Shown: one piece after another, positions 40,098 to 52,870 of the stretch
Position numbering within the stretch: position 1 is the stretch's first letter
Layout of the letters: every line of letters begins with the position of its first letter
Assembly: GCA_030390025.1 (NCBI GenBank)
Contig: CM059431.1
Coordinates: forward strand, 156,738,001 to 156,802,000
Length of the DNA: 64,000 nt
Reading direction: 5' to 3'
From: Squalus acanthias
Lineage: Eukaryota
Notes under the pieces: model-generated
Seen by the model: only the letters and a program-made list of their open reading frames with translations
Database searches by the model: none
Told to the model about the DNA's origin: nothing
Made by a program: the position numbers and the translations under genes

Positions 40098-43000
40098 ATA
40101 TTATCTATAAATCCATCTGTCTATATGGTTAGACTATTTATGGATTAGCTCATCTATATTCTGGGTAAAGGAATACACGGCTGGTTACTGTATGTAGTCG
40201 ATGCATCATCATAAGCAAACAGCAGCGTGAAGGCTTAAAACACAAGTAGCGAATTTAACGACAATTGCCTAGAAATTGGTTTGTGCTGGCTGGCGCGAAC
40301 TGGGCACGGGTCAATGGCTGTAATTATGACTTTCTTATTGTGAGATAAATTAAAACGTGCTGAAGTGAACGGGCAGCCGCTTTTACATCCTTCTTGATTT
40401 TGATTTCCGTTGACTACGTTCGCTAGTAATTTCGATTCGCTATCGCCCATTTTACATCACCACACGACGCCACATTACCGCCGAGAAGGATCACGGTGCC
40501 GCAAGGTGTAGTCTTGAGACCCAGCCGATATTTTGCCTCTGGCCTCGTTTACAGCAAACCGGGGAGGAGCCGACACCTGCTGAGTCTCTACAGGCAGATT
40601 GCGAAGTGACCATGATTTTAATGTCGACTTCTCTATGGGACGACTGGGAGAGTTCAACGCGTTCGGGCTGGAGGGTCGAGCAGATAAGGGCGAGATAGAA
40701 GTGGTCAGCAGAAAGAGAGAGTGGGACCGGTAGAAGAGCGAGGGAGGATAACATCGGTAGCGTGAAAGAGGCAATCGAGATTAATGTCCGGCAATATACA
40801 GTGGTTTTAATTTGGTGCTAGGAGAGGAAGTCATGAAATTAATGGCTCCACTTTCGGCTAATCATTTTCTGAAACTTATCTTGTGTTAGCGGTCAGCAGA
40901 ATACCCGTGAACGATCTCGGGTTCGATGGATTGAGTTAACCAGAACCTAAGACGTCAAAGACATTTTACCGGAGAGAGCGAACGGACAGCCATCGCTGAA
41001 CGGAGGTTGAGTGTCAGATTTGACAGAAGGACAAGACCTCATTTCAGAAGCTTTATGTAGCATTTCGAATGTAATTTATCTCACTGTTATAGATATGCGT
41101 TAACAGTCTCAGATAAGCAGGAATACAAATCTGAATAACAAGAGAAACAAAACATTGCTTGAGGTTTACTGGATTGAATTTAATGACTGGCGGACATATC
41201 TATTAAGCACAAAGATAAATCTCACAGGATTTTTGTGCTGTTCTGTCATATCCGCCGCCTCCTTTTTCTTGCAACCATGGATGTAGATCTTCATTCACTG
41301 TGTGTGTGAGGCTGACCTCACTGTAATTAACCATGCTGAGCAGAGTTTTTGACGTAGCATTTTTTTGTTGTCTCTGATTATAACAAGAATATGATTAGAT
41401 GTAAAAGGACTGACTTTTCGGGTTCTGAGCTGGCCAAGCCACAGATTTCCCCAGCCTGTGCAACAACCGGCACTGATACTTTGAGATTCACAAGGATCCT
41501 AACAGCAAAAGCAAAATTCAACAAGTGCGGGGAAGTTGTTTGATAAGTTAATTTTACTAAAACTACAGTCGATATGATCCTATAAAGCGTATTTTGTCTC
41601 GACGAGAGCAATCGATTGTATCATCGGGCTGAGGGAAGTTTGAATGTAAAATTCACAAATATCTGACGAGACATCTCTGAGCAGAGGTGAAGAGCGATCG
41701 CTGCAATAAAAGGAAAAGTACATCGGAGCAGAATCATGAAATGTAAATCCCGTAGACGTAGCAAAGCTGGACACATAGATTCATTCCGCTTCCAATGATT
41801 CAGAGTTTAAATTGATGCCTGATCCCGAATTCAAGTGTCAAGAAAGGCGGCATCGGGAAACAATTCAGAGAGTGACGGGCGATACGGAATAAGATTGATT
41901 ATTGAAGTGACCATTGAAATGCGGTTAACAGTCAGGCTATAGAGGCGGGGATGCAGATATAATGCAAGAGTTCAGATTCGAGACGAAGTTACAAATTCAA
42001 GGTCAGAGTTGGGTTAGTGTTCAAGAGGTAGCTGCAGTCTAAGTGATGGGAATGGAGGGGAGGGAGATGTCCAAGGGATTATTCAGTTACTCGCCCCACA
42101 GGATAAATCCTAATTCTTCCAAAAAAAGGGACAGATCTGTGATTAATGCTGGACTCAAAGCTAATCTGGACAACCAACTTCGAGTATGAAGGAGGGCCGA
42201 TCTGAAGACAGATCTTCCTGAATATCTTCAATTACATTCAAGAGCTTCCAGTAAAACTGATATTCCTGAATATCGAAGGGCAGTGGCTGTTGATGATGAA
42301 CACGGAAGTCGCACAAATGCCACTTTTAGAGCAGTGGTGATTCCGATGCACGCAGTTGCCTCCGCATTATTTGCAGGGCAGAAATCAGCCAAAATTAGCG
42401 TCTGAGATGCACCCGAGCGGAAAATAGGTAAGGAAGTAGAAATTTCAGCAATCATCCTTTTCCCTCATGTATAATACCTCAGAGGGAGTGGTGGTCCATG
42501 TTACAATTGCGCACTGCAATTAGCCTATTTCAGAAAAGAAAGGGCGCGAAAGCAGAAAAAGTGCTTATATTTAAACAATAGAAGTCTAGTCAATGCTACA
42601 GTTGGTTAAGAAAGTTCCTGTTCCATTCAGTTCAGAGATACCTCATATTCTACCAGAGCGAATAGATTTTTATGATTCTGATTTGCACGGATAACATCCA
42701 CCGATCCTTCAATATCTTCAGGAATTCTTTCCGGATACAATTCAGTTTCGTTTGATTGTTGAGTTTCAGCGTCTGTCGACAAAGTTCGTCCAATTCCAGT
42801 AATATAATCGCCTGAAAAATACAAGTGGAACAAAAATTATAGGAGTAAGTGTAATAAACGAGGATACTTTGGAAAATGTACTTATAAATCTCTTGGACTG
42901 CAACAAAGCAATTTAGTAAAACGAGGAGGGAACGTCAAATAATTAATAATCATGAGTAATATATCTGTCTGACTGTCTTTCTGCCTGTCTCGCTGTTCAG

Positions 43001-45809
43001 CGGTCTATCGATCAATGTATTTATTACCTATAAAGCTATCTGTCTATATGATTACTCTATTTATGGATTAGCTAATCTGTATTCTGGTTTAATGGAATAC
43101 ACGGCAGGTTACTGTATGCAGTCGCTGCATCAGCATAAGCAAACTGCAGGGTGAAGGTTGAACGCACAATCAGTGAATTTACTGACAAATGCATATGAAT
43201 TGATTCGTGCTCGCTGGCGCGAACTGGGCACGGGTCAATGGTTGTAATTGTAACTTTCTTATTGTGAGAAAAAGTTAAAACGTGCTGAAGTGAATGGGCA
43301 GCCGCTTTTACATCTCTCTCGATTTTGATAACCATTGTCTACGTTCGCTAGTACTTTCTATTCGCTATCGCTCATTTTACACCATCACACGAAGCCACAG
43401 TACCGCCGAGAAAGATCCCTGTGCCGTAAGGGGTAGGCCCACCCGATATTGGGCGTCTGACCTCATTTACAGCAGAGTGGGGAGATGCCGAGACATTCAG
43501 CGCCTCCACAGGCAGCTTGAGAAGTGAACATGATTTTAATGTCGAATTCTCAATGGGGCGACTGGGAGAGTTCAATGTTTTCGGGATGAATGGTCGACCA
43601 GATGAGGGCGAGATAGAAGTTGTCGGCAGAGAGAGAGTGAGACCGGTAGAAGAGCGAGGGAGGCAAACATCGGGAGAGTGAAAGAGGAAATCGAGATTAA
43701 TGGCCGGCAATGTGCTGATTTAATTTGGAGCTAGGAGGGGAAAACCTGAAAATATTGGCTCCACATTCGGGTAATTATTTTCTGAAACGTATCTTGTGTT
43801 GGCGGTCTGCAGAAGACCCTTTAACGATCGCCTGTTCATGGATCGAGTTAACCAGAACCTCAGGCATCAAACACATTTTACCGGAGAGAGCGAACGGACA
43901 GCCATGGTTGAATCGAGATTCAGTGTGAGATTTGACAGAAGGACCAGACGTAATTTTAGAACATTTATGTAGCATTTCGAGTACAATTTACCTCACTGTT
44001 ATAGATGTGAGTTAACAGTCTCAGAAAAGTAGGAATACAAAACAGAATCACAAGAGAAAGAAAACATTGCTTGAGGTTTACTGTATTGAATTGAATGACT
44101 GGCGGATATATCTATTAATCACAAAGAGAAATCTCACCTGATGTTTGTGCGGTTCTGTCATATCCGCCGCCTCCTTTTTCTTGCAGCCATGGATGTAGAT
44201 CTTCATTCACTGTGTGGGTGGGGCTGACCTCACTGTAATTATCCGTGCTGAGCAGAATATTTGTAGGAACATTTTCCTGTTGGCTCTGATTATAACAAGA
44301 ATATGATTAGATATAAAAGGTCTGACTTTTCGGTTTCTGAGCTGGCTAAGCTTCAATTTTCCCCAGCCAGTGCCATAACGGTCACTGTTATTTGCGTGTC
44401 TCCAGGGCGGTGTTACCGTAGACATAAATCGTGTTGCGGATCCTAATAGCAAATGCAAAAGCAACAAATGCATAAATATTGTTTTTTAATATGATTTAAT
44501 TAAAACTGCAGTTGATGTGATTAGAAGCTTATTTTTTCTTGAAGCGAGCAATCGTTTCTATCCTGCTTTCAGAGAGTTTTTAACGTAAAATTCAGAAACA
44601 TCTGACGAGTCAGCTCTGAACAGAGGTGAGCAGGAATCACTACATAAACAGGAACAGGACATCGGATGCATATTCAAGACATTTAAACCCCATAGGCGTA
44701 GGAAAGCTGGGCACATAGGTACATTTCGGTTCAAATGATTCTGATTAAAGCTGGGCTAAATAAATACGTGACCCCAAATTCTGGAACAAAGAAAGGTGGA
44801 ACCGGAAAGCAAGTCGAAGAGTGTCTGGCGAAACGGAGTCAGATTAATGATTGGATGAAAGGCAAATAACATTTAGGGTATAGAGGCGAGGCGCAGGTAA
44901 AATGCGAGGATTGTGACTGGAGGCGCCGGTATAACTGCAAGGTAAGAGCTCGGGTTAGAAATGTGGAGGCAGATAAAGTCTAAGTATTTGCTATGGATAG
45001 GAGGGTCATGACAAAGAGATAATTAAGTTACTGGGCCCACAGGATGTATCCGAATTCTGGCAAAAGAAGGAATAGAACTATGATTGAGGCTTTCCTCAAA
45101 GTTATTTGAACAACAAACATTGAGCATTAAGGAGCACTGATCTGAAAACATATCTTCCTGAATAAGTTTAATTATATTCCAGAGCTGCCAGTAAAACCGA
45201 TATTGCTGAATTTCGAAGTGCAGTGACTGGTAGTGATGAACACGAAAGGGAACCAAATACGACTTTCAGAGGAGTGGTGATTCCGATACACGGAGCTGTC
45301 TCCGCATTAGTTTCGGGGCTATAATCGGTCAAAATTAGCGTATGAGAGGCACTCAAGCGGACATTAGGTAAGAAAGTGGAAATCTCAGCAATCATGCTTT
45401 TCCGTCATGCAAAATATCGCAGAGGGAGCGGTGGCCCATGTTAACATTGCACAGTTCAATTGCCTACTTCAGAAAAGAAAGAACGAGAAATGTAAAAACT
45501 GCTTACATTTAAGCAATTGAAGTCTAGTCAATGCTACCACAGGTTATGATAGGTCCTGTTCCACTTATTTTAGACATACCTCATATTCTACCGGAGTCAA
45601 AAGATCTTTATGATTCTGATTTGCACTGATACCGTCCACAGATCCTTCAATAGCTTTAGGTAATCCTTCACGATACAATTCGATATCTTTGGATAGATGA
45701 GTGTCAGCCTCTGTCGACACAGTTCGTCCAACCCCAGTAATAACATTCACTGTAAAGTACAAGTGGAACAAAACATTTCGGAATAGTTGAAGTAAACGAG
45801 GATACTTTA

Positions 45810-46777
45810 AGAACATTACAACATAAGACATCGGAGCAGGAGTCGGTCATTTGGCTCCACGAGCCTGCTCCAACATTCAATAAGATCATGGCTGATCTGA
45901 TCTTGGCCTCATCTCCACTTCCCTGCCCGCGTCCCATAACCCTTGACTCCCTTATCGTTCAAAAATCTGTCTATCTACACCTTAAATATATTCAATGACC
46001 CAGCCTGCACAATCACTGAGGAAGAGAATTCTAAACATTTACGAACCTCTGAGAGAAGAAATTCCACCTAATTTCCGATTTGAAAGGGTGGCCCCTTATT
46101 CTGAATTTATGCCCCCTACTTCTAGATTCATGTATATGTTTCAATAAGATCCCCTCTCATTCTTCTAAGCTCCAATGAGTATAGCTTCAAACTATTCAAC
46201 CTTTCTTCATAAGATAACCCCTTCATCGGAATTAACCCAGTGAACCTTCTCTGAACTGCCTCTAATTCAAGTATATCCTTCCTTAAATAGGGAGAGCAAA
46301 ACTGTACGCATTACTCCAGGTGTAGTCTCAACAACGCCCTGTACAGTTGTAAAAGGACTTCCCGACTTGTATACTCCATTCCCTTTGCAATAAAGGCCGA
46401 CACTCCATTTGCATTTCTAATTACTTGCTGTACCTGCATTGTAACATTTTGTGATTCATGTACAAGGACCTCCAGATCCCTCTGTACCTCAGCATTTTGT
46501 AATCTCTCCCATTTAAGTAATAATTTGCGTTTTTATTTTTCCTACCAAAGTGGATAACCTCGCATTTTCCCACATTAAACTCCATCTGCCAGATATTTGC
46601 CCACTCACTTAGCCGATCTATATCCCTTTGGAGATTCTTGGCGTGACCCACACAATTTGCTTTCCCACCTATTATTGCATCATCAGCAAATTTGGATTCA
46701 TTACTCTCAGTCACTTCATCCAAGTCATTAATATAGATTGTAAATTGTTGAGGCCCCAACACTGATCCCTGCGGCAT
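45810..46777 (-). mobile_element. 5'-truncated CR1
   Basis: PQGSVLGP..YINDLD..SKFADD; 3' UTR at ~45810-45960. Confidence 0.9.
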
Positions 46778-46779
46778 AT

Positions 46780-48022
46780 AACTGGGAAAATAGATAAAGG
46801 AGAACCAGTAGATGTGGTGTATTTGGACTTTCAAACGACTTTCGATAAGGTCACACTTAAGAGATTAGCGTGTAATGTTAATGAACATGGGATTGGGGGC
46901 AAGGTATTGACTTGGATAGAGAACTGGTTGGCAGACAGAAAGCAAAGAGTTGCAATAAACGGGTATTTTTCCAAGTGGCACGCAGTGACTAGTGGGGTAC
47001 CGCAGAGACCGGTCCTTGGATCCCAGCTATTCACAATATATGTTAATGATCTAGACAAGGGAACTAGATGAAATATCTCCAAGTTTGCAGACGACACAAA
47101 ACTGGGTGGGCGTGTGTGCTGCGAGGTGGATGCCGAGAAACACCAGGATGATTTGGACAGGTTGGGTGATTGGGCAGAAGCGCAGCAGATGCAATATAAC
47201 GTGGATAAATGCGAGGTTATCCACTTTGGTGTCAAAAACAGAAAGGCAGATTATTATCTGAAAGGCAATAGATTTGGAGAAGGGGGAGTGCAACGAGACC
47301 TGGCTGTCCTTGTGCACCAGTCGCTGAAGGTAAGCATACAGGTGCAGCAGGCGGTTAAGAAGGGAAATGGTATGTTGGAGTTCACAGCGAGAGGTTTTGA
47401 GTACAGGAACAAGGATGTCTTGCTGCAGTTGTACAGGGCCTTGGTGAGACCACACCTTGAGTACTGTGTGCATGTTTGGGCGCCTTATCTGAGGAAGGAT
47501 GATCTTGCCATGGAAGGAGTTCAGCGAAGATTCACAAGGCTGATACCTGGGATGGCAGGAATGACGTATGAAGAGAGATTGGTTCGATTGGGCTTATACT
47601 CGCTGGAGTTTAGAAGAATGAGATGGGATCTCATTGAAACTTATAAAATTCTGACAGGACAGGGCAAACTAGATGCAGGAAGGATGTTCCCGATGGTCGG
47701 GGAGTCCAGAACCAGGGGTCACAGTCTAAGGATAAGGGGTAAGCCATTTAGGACAGAAATGAGGAGGAATTTCTACACCCAGAGAGTGGTGAACCTGTGG
47801 AATTCTCTGCCACAGAAGGCAGTAGAGGCCAATTCATTAAATAGATTCAAGAAGGAGTTGGATATATTTATTAAGGCTAAAGGGATCAGGGATATGGGGA
47901 GAAAGCAGGGACAGGGTACTGAATTTGGATGATGAGCCATGATCATATTGAATGGCGGAGCAGGCTAGAGGGGCCGAATGACCTACTCCTGCTCCTATCT
48001 TCTATGATTCTATGATTCTATG
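46780..48022 (+). mobile_element. 5'-truncated CR1 (same subfamily as 14446-18239)
   Basis: 272-aa RT C-terminal ORF 47114-47932; (TTCTATGA)n tail. Confidence 0.93.
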
Positions 48023-48639
48023 GTACTAATCAGCAAATGTGTGGGTTAAACTAGTGACATTTCTGCTTTATCAGCCTGTTAACTTTTATTGTTGGTAATT
48101 TAATTTCACATTTCATTTAATCTTTTTTTTTACATTTTGACAGCGGATTCATTTAAATGTCAGACTGAGCAAGTCAGAACAATAAAATAATTTCTAACAT
48201 TTGAATTGAATATGAATATTAAAAGTTCATGCTACTTTTTGAGTCTCCTCTGTGTCTCATTCCCCTTCCTGCTTCTCTGTCCTTCCAATCCCAATCTATT
48301 TCTGGCTTCCCAGCTGCTTCGTGTCTGAAAACACTTCATTTTACCTTTCCGCTTCCCTAGCTGATTCTGTGCCTTACCTTTAATGTTTGCTTCCCTCCCT
48401 CACCGGTTTCATATCTCTTTCTACCCCGGTTTCCCTTCTCATCAGCTCTATGTCTGATTCTTTCGTAACTTAACTTCCCCAGATGCATTTTAATTGAATC
48501 TGCTCCCTTCCGGAATGCCCCGTGCATCTGTAAACGCCTCCATCTCTGCAGTCTCCTCCACCATAAACTCTCAACCTAATCTATTATTCCTTCCCCAACC
48601 AGTTGCAATCAGAACCTGACACTTGCACATCGTTTCCTC

Positions 48640-51600
48640 CTGTTCATCTTGATGCTGAAGAATTCCTAAAATGGGTACAGGAGTACTTTATTGATCAGTA
48701 TGTTTCGAGCCCAAATAGGAGCGAAATAATTGCTGGATCTACTGGGTGCTGCCAGCGTCAATTCCACGGCACCGCGGGCGGCTCAGCTGCACAGTGGTGG
48801 GGTGGGGTGAGAGGAAAAAGAGAGGAAGAGCAATATTTGTAGGGGATTCGATATTTAGGGGAGCAGACAGGCGTTTCTGCTGCCACAGACATGACTCCAT
48901 CACGGTATGTTACCTCCCATGTGTCTGGGTCAAGAATGTCACTGAGAGGCTGCAAGACACTCTGTGGGGGGAGGGTGAACAGCCAAAGTTCCATACCAGT
49001 ACAAACGACATAGGCAGAAAAAGGGATGAGTTCCTGCAGGCAGTGCTTAGGGAGATTGCAGACAGATTTAAAAGCAGGACCTCAAAGGTAGTAATCTTCG
49101 GATTACTCCCGCTGCCACGTGCTAGTAAGTACAGGAATAGAAGGATAGAGCCGATAAATGCGTGGCTGGAGAGATGGTGCAGGAGGGAGGGCTTTAGATT
49201 CCTGAGGCATTGGGAACATTGCTGGGGATGGTTGGACCTGTACAAACCGGACGGGTTACAACTTAGCAGAGCCGGGACCAATATTCTGGAGGGGACGTTT
49301 GTCAGTGCTGTTGGGAATGGTTTTAATTAACTTGGCAGGTGTATGGGCACCAGCATATAGGAGTCGAAAAGAGAAATAAGGTGCATAAAAGAGTGAATGT
49401 ATTGGATAGTACTAGAGAATATAGTACCAAAGGCTGTAGTAGTATCACATTAGATAGGAGCAGACTAAGAATGACTTCGAAAAATGCAGAAATGATCTTA
49501 GAATGCATGTGCTTAAACGCACAAAGTGTGGTGAGCTACAAGCACAATTAACTGTATGACAAAATGATGTGACAATAACGGAAACTTGGCTTAAAAACGG
49601 TGAGGACTGGGCACTTAATATTCAAGGGTACAAGGTGTACGGAAAAGATAGGGAGGGGAAAACGGGAGGTGGAGTGGCAGTGCTGATTAAGGAAGACATT
49701 GTACTTTTGGAAAGGGAGGATGTTCCTGAGGGGACAAGGACAGAATCCATTTGGTTACAGTTGAGGAGCAAAAAGGGTATGATCCCGATTTTGGGGGTAT
49801 TCTATAGGCCTCCAAATACTGAGAGGGAGGTAGAGGAGCAAATCTGCAGGGAAATCGTAGAGATATGCAAGAGCTATAGAGTGCTGATATTCGGGGACTT
49901 TAATTTCCCAAATATCGATTGGGATAATGCTAGGGTAAAGGGAAAGGATGTGAGAAATTACTGAAATGTTTTCAGGAGAATTTACTTGGACAATATGTTC
50001 TTGGCACATTTAGGAATGAGGCATTGCTGGATCTGGTGCTGGGGAATTTGGTGGGGCAGGTCGACCAAGTGTCTGTGGGAGAACATTTGTGTATGAGTGA
50101 TCATCGTATCATAAGATTTTGATTAGCAATGGAGAGGAGCAAGGAACAATCTAGAGTGGAACTTCTAAATTGAAATAGGGCTAACTTCAATTTGATGCGA
50201 AAGGATCTAGCCAGGGTAAAAAGAACCAAATACTGACAGGAAAATCTGTAACGGAAAAATTGGTCATCTTTAAGGAGGAGATGTACCAAATACAGGCTAG
50301 GAACATTCCAACAAGAGGGAAGGGTAAGCGAACCAAAGCAATGGCAACTTGGATGACGAGAGAGATAGAGAAGATGATGAAACAAAAAAAAGAGGGTGTA
50401 TGAAGCATGTCAGGTGAATACTTCAAGGGAGAACCACACTAAATACAATTAGTTAAGAGGGGGGTGTGAAGATGAAAATAGGATTGGCAAAGAGAAAATA
50501 TGAGAATAGAATGGCGGTTAGCATAAAAGTGAACCCCAAAATCTTCGACCGGCATGTAAACAGTAAGTGGGCAGTAAGAGGTGGTGTGGGGCCTATTTGA
50601 GGCAAAGAAGGAAATATATCCTTAGAGGCGCAAGGCAGGGTTAGAATACACAATGAGTAATTTGTATCGGTGCCTACTAAGGAGATGGATGTTAAAAAAA
50701 GTATCGGTATCAGTGGAAAAGGTAAAAGCAATTGAAGGTGTGAAAATTGATAGGCAGGATGCACTCGAAAGGCTGGGTGTGCTTAGAGAGGTCAAGTCGC
50801 CTAGTCCAGATGGCTTGCATTCCGGCTTGCTAAGGGAATTGGGGGTGTAGATACTGGAACGGCTTGCCATGATTTTCCAATCTTCCCTAGAGGCGGGGGA
50901 GTTGCCTGAGTATTGTAAAGTGGCAAATGTCGCACCATTGCTCAAGAAAGGCTGTAAAGGCAATCCTAATAACTACAGGGTGGTCAGTTTTTAAAATCAG
51001 TGGTGGGTAACGCCTTAAAAACCATAATCAGGAAAAAAATTAACGGGGTTTTGGAAAGGTTTAATCTAATTAAGGAGATAAGGAAGATCGAGTTTGACTG
51101 ATCTAATTGCATTTTTTGATGAAGTAACAGAAAGGATTGATGAAGGTAATGCAATGGATATGATCTACATGGATTTTCGGAAGGCATTTGACAAAGTACC
51201 ACACAGCAGGCTGGATAACAAAATTGAGGTTCATGGAATAGGTGGGTCAGTGGTAGCTTGGATAAAGAATTGGCTTTAAGACAGAAAACAGCGAGATTTG
51301 GCAAATGGTTGTTTTTCAGACTGGAGCATGATAGAAAGTGTTGTTCACCAAGTGTCAGTGCTGAGGCCACTGCTTATTTTGATATATATATAAATGACAT
51401 GGATATTGGAAAACAGAGTAGAATTTCTAAATTTGTCGATGACACCATACTTGTGGGGTTATCAAACAGTGATGATGATCTCAATCGACTGCAACAGGAC
51501 ATAAAAAGGCTAGCAGAATGGGCAGACAAGTGGCAGATGGAATTTAATACAGAGAAGTGAGAGGTGATGCATTTTGTCAGAAGGAACAGGGAGAGACAAT

Positions 51601-52359
51601 ATACACTTAATGGCAGAATTTTAAAGAGTGTGCAGGGACAGAGGGACTTGGGAATTAATGTGCATCGGTCCCTAAAGGTGGCAGCGCATATTGAGAGAAT
51701 GGTTAACAAAGTATTTGGGCTCTTGGGCTTCATAAATAAAGGTATTGAGTACAAAAGTAGGGAAGTTATGCTGAACCTTTAAAAAGCGTTGGTTAGGCCA
51801 CAACTGTAGTATTGCGTCCAGTTCTGGTTACCACACATTAGGAAGGATATGAAGGCCCTTGGGAGGTTGCAAATGACATTTACCAGACTGGTTCCGGGGA
51901 TGGGGAATCTTAGCTACAAGTACATTTTGGAAAAGCTGGATTTGTTTTCATTAGAGCAAAGGAAGTTGGGGGTTGATTTGATGGATGTGTACAAGATTAT
52001 GACTGGTTTGGATAGGCTATACGGGGAATGGCTGTTACCAATAGTTAATGGTACAAGGAATATGGGACACAGATTTAAGGTTTGGGGCAAGAGATGCAGG
52101 GGGAATGTGTGGAATTTGTTTTTTACACAGCGAGTGGTGATGACCTGGAATTCGCTGCCGATAGAAGTGGTGGAAGCGGAGACACTCAATGTTTTCAAGG
52201 GGAGACTGTATAGCAACTTGAGGGAAATAAACTTGCAGGGCTACGGGGATAGAGCGGGGGAATGGGATGACTGGATTGCACTACAGAGAGCCGGCATGCA
52301 CTCGATGGGCTGAATAGCCTCCCTCTCTGCCATTATAACTCTATGATACTATGACTCTA
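48640..52359 (+). mobile_element. Near-full-length degraded CR1 (ORF1 esterase and ORF2)
   Basis: VGDSIFRG..PDGLQLS (SGNH), CLNAQS, ITETWL, GDFNFP, RT motifs, tail. Confidence 0.92.
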
Positions 52360-52870
52360 GTTTCGGAGACTGTAGTAGGGCACATGGAGTGTGTTTCTGT
52401 GGGAGATCATCTGCTTAATAGAGATCATAATATAATTAGGTTTAAAGATGTTATTGAGAGTGAAATATTAAAATCAACGGTGAAATACCCAACTGGAAGA
52501 AAGCTCATTTCAGTGTTTTGAGAATGGAAACAAAGATTGATCAATGAAACAGTAAATGAACAAAACCAAGCCTTCAACAAGGAGAGAATGTGTCTATAAC
52601 CAGGCAAGTTCCTAAAAGGAGGAAAGATGTGGCATCCAAAGCTAGATTTCCCTGGATGAATAAGAAGGAGATGCTAAAATAAAACAAATAAAAAGTAGGT
52701 TTATAAAAACTTTCAGGAATAAAATACAATCGAAAACCAGACATAATAGATAATGCAGGGGGAAATTGAAACTGGATATAAGAAGGACTAAGACCGATTA
52801 TGAGGAAAATATCAGCAGGTAATATTAAAGGGAAACCAAACATAATTAAACATATAAAAAGGAAAATGAA
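52360..52870 (+). mobile_element. Old CR1 ORF2 fragment (probably continues at ~61240-61990)
   Basis: 'gatcataatataattaggttta' APE-end motif and PWMNK; RT motifs after 61240. Confidence 0.6.

Larger units (their letters stand above)
33465..45810 (-). repeat. Tandem segmental array of four ~2.9-3.3-kb units with exon-like cassettes
   Basis: Homologous landmarks at 34105/38143/41373/44285 and 35582/39631/42811/45749. Confidence 0.95.

Noticed and set aside
47114..47932. Functional host CDS among the long ORFs (e.g. 272 aa here, 221 aa at 58563)
   Set aside because: These are fragments of CR1 ORF2 with nearby stops and frameshifts
45810..48022. Twin-priming inversion of a single LINE
   Set aside because: Both halves carry their own 3' tails, overlap in RT coordinates and differ in subfamily
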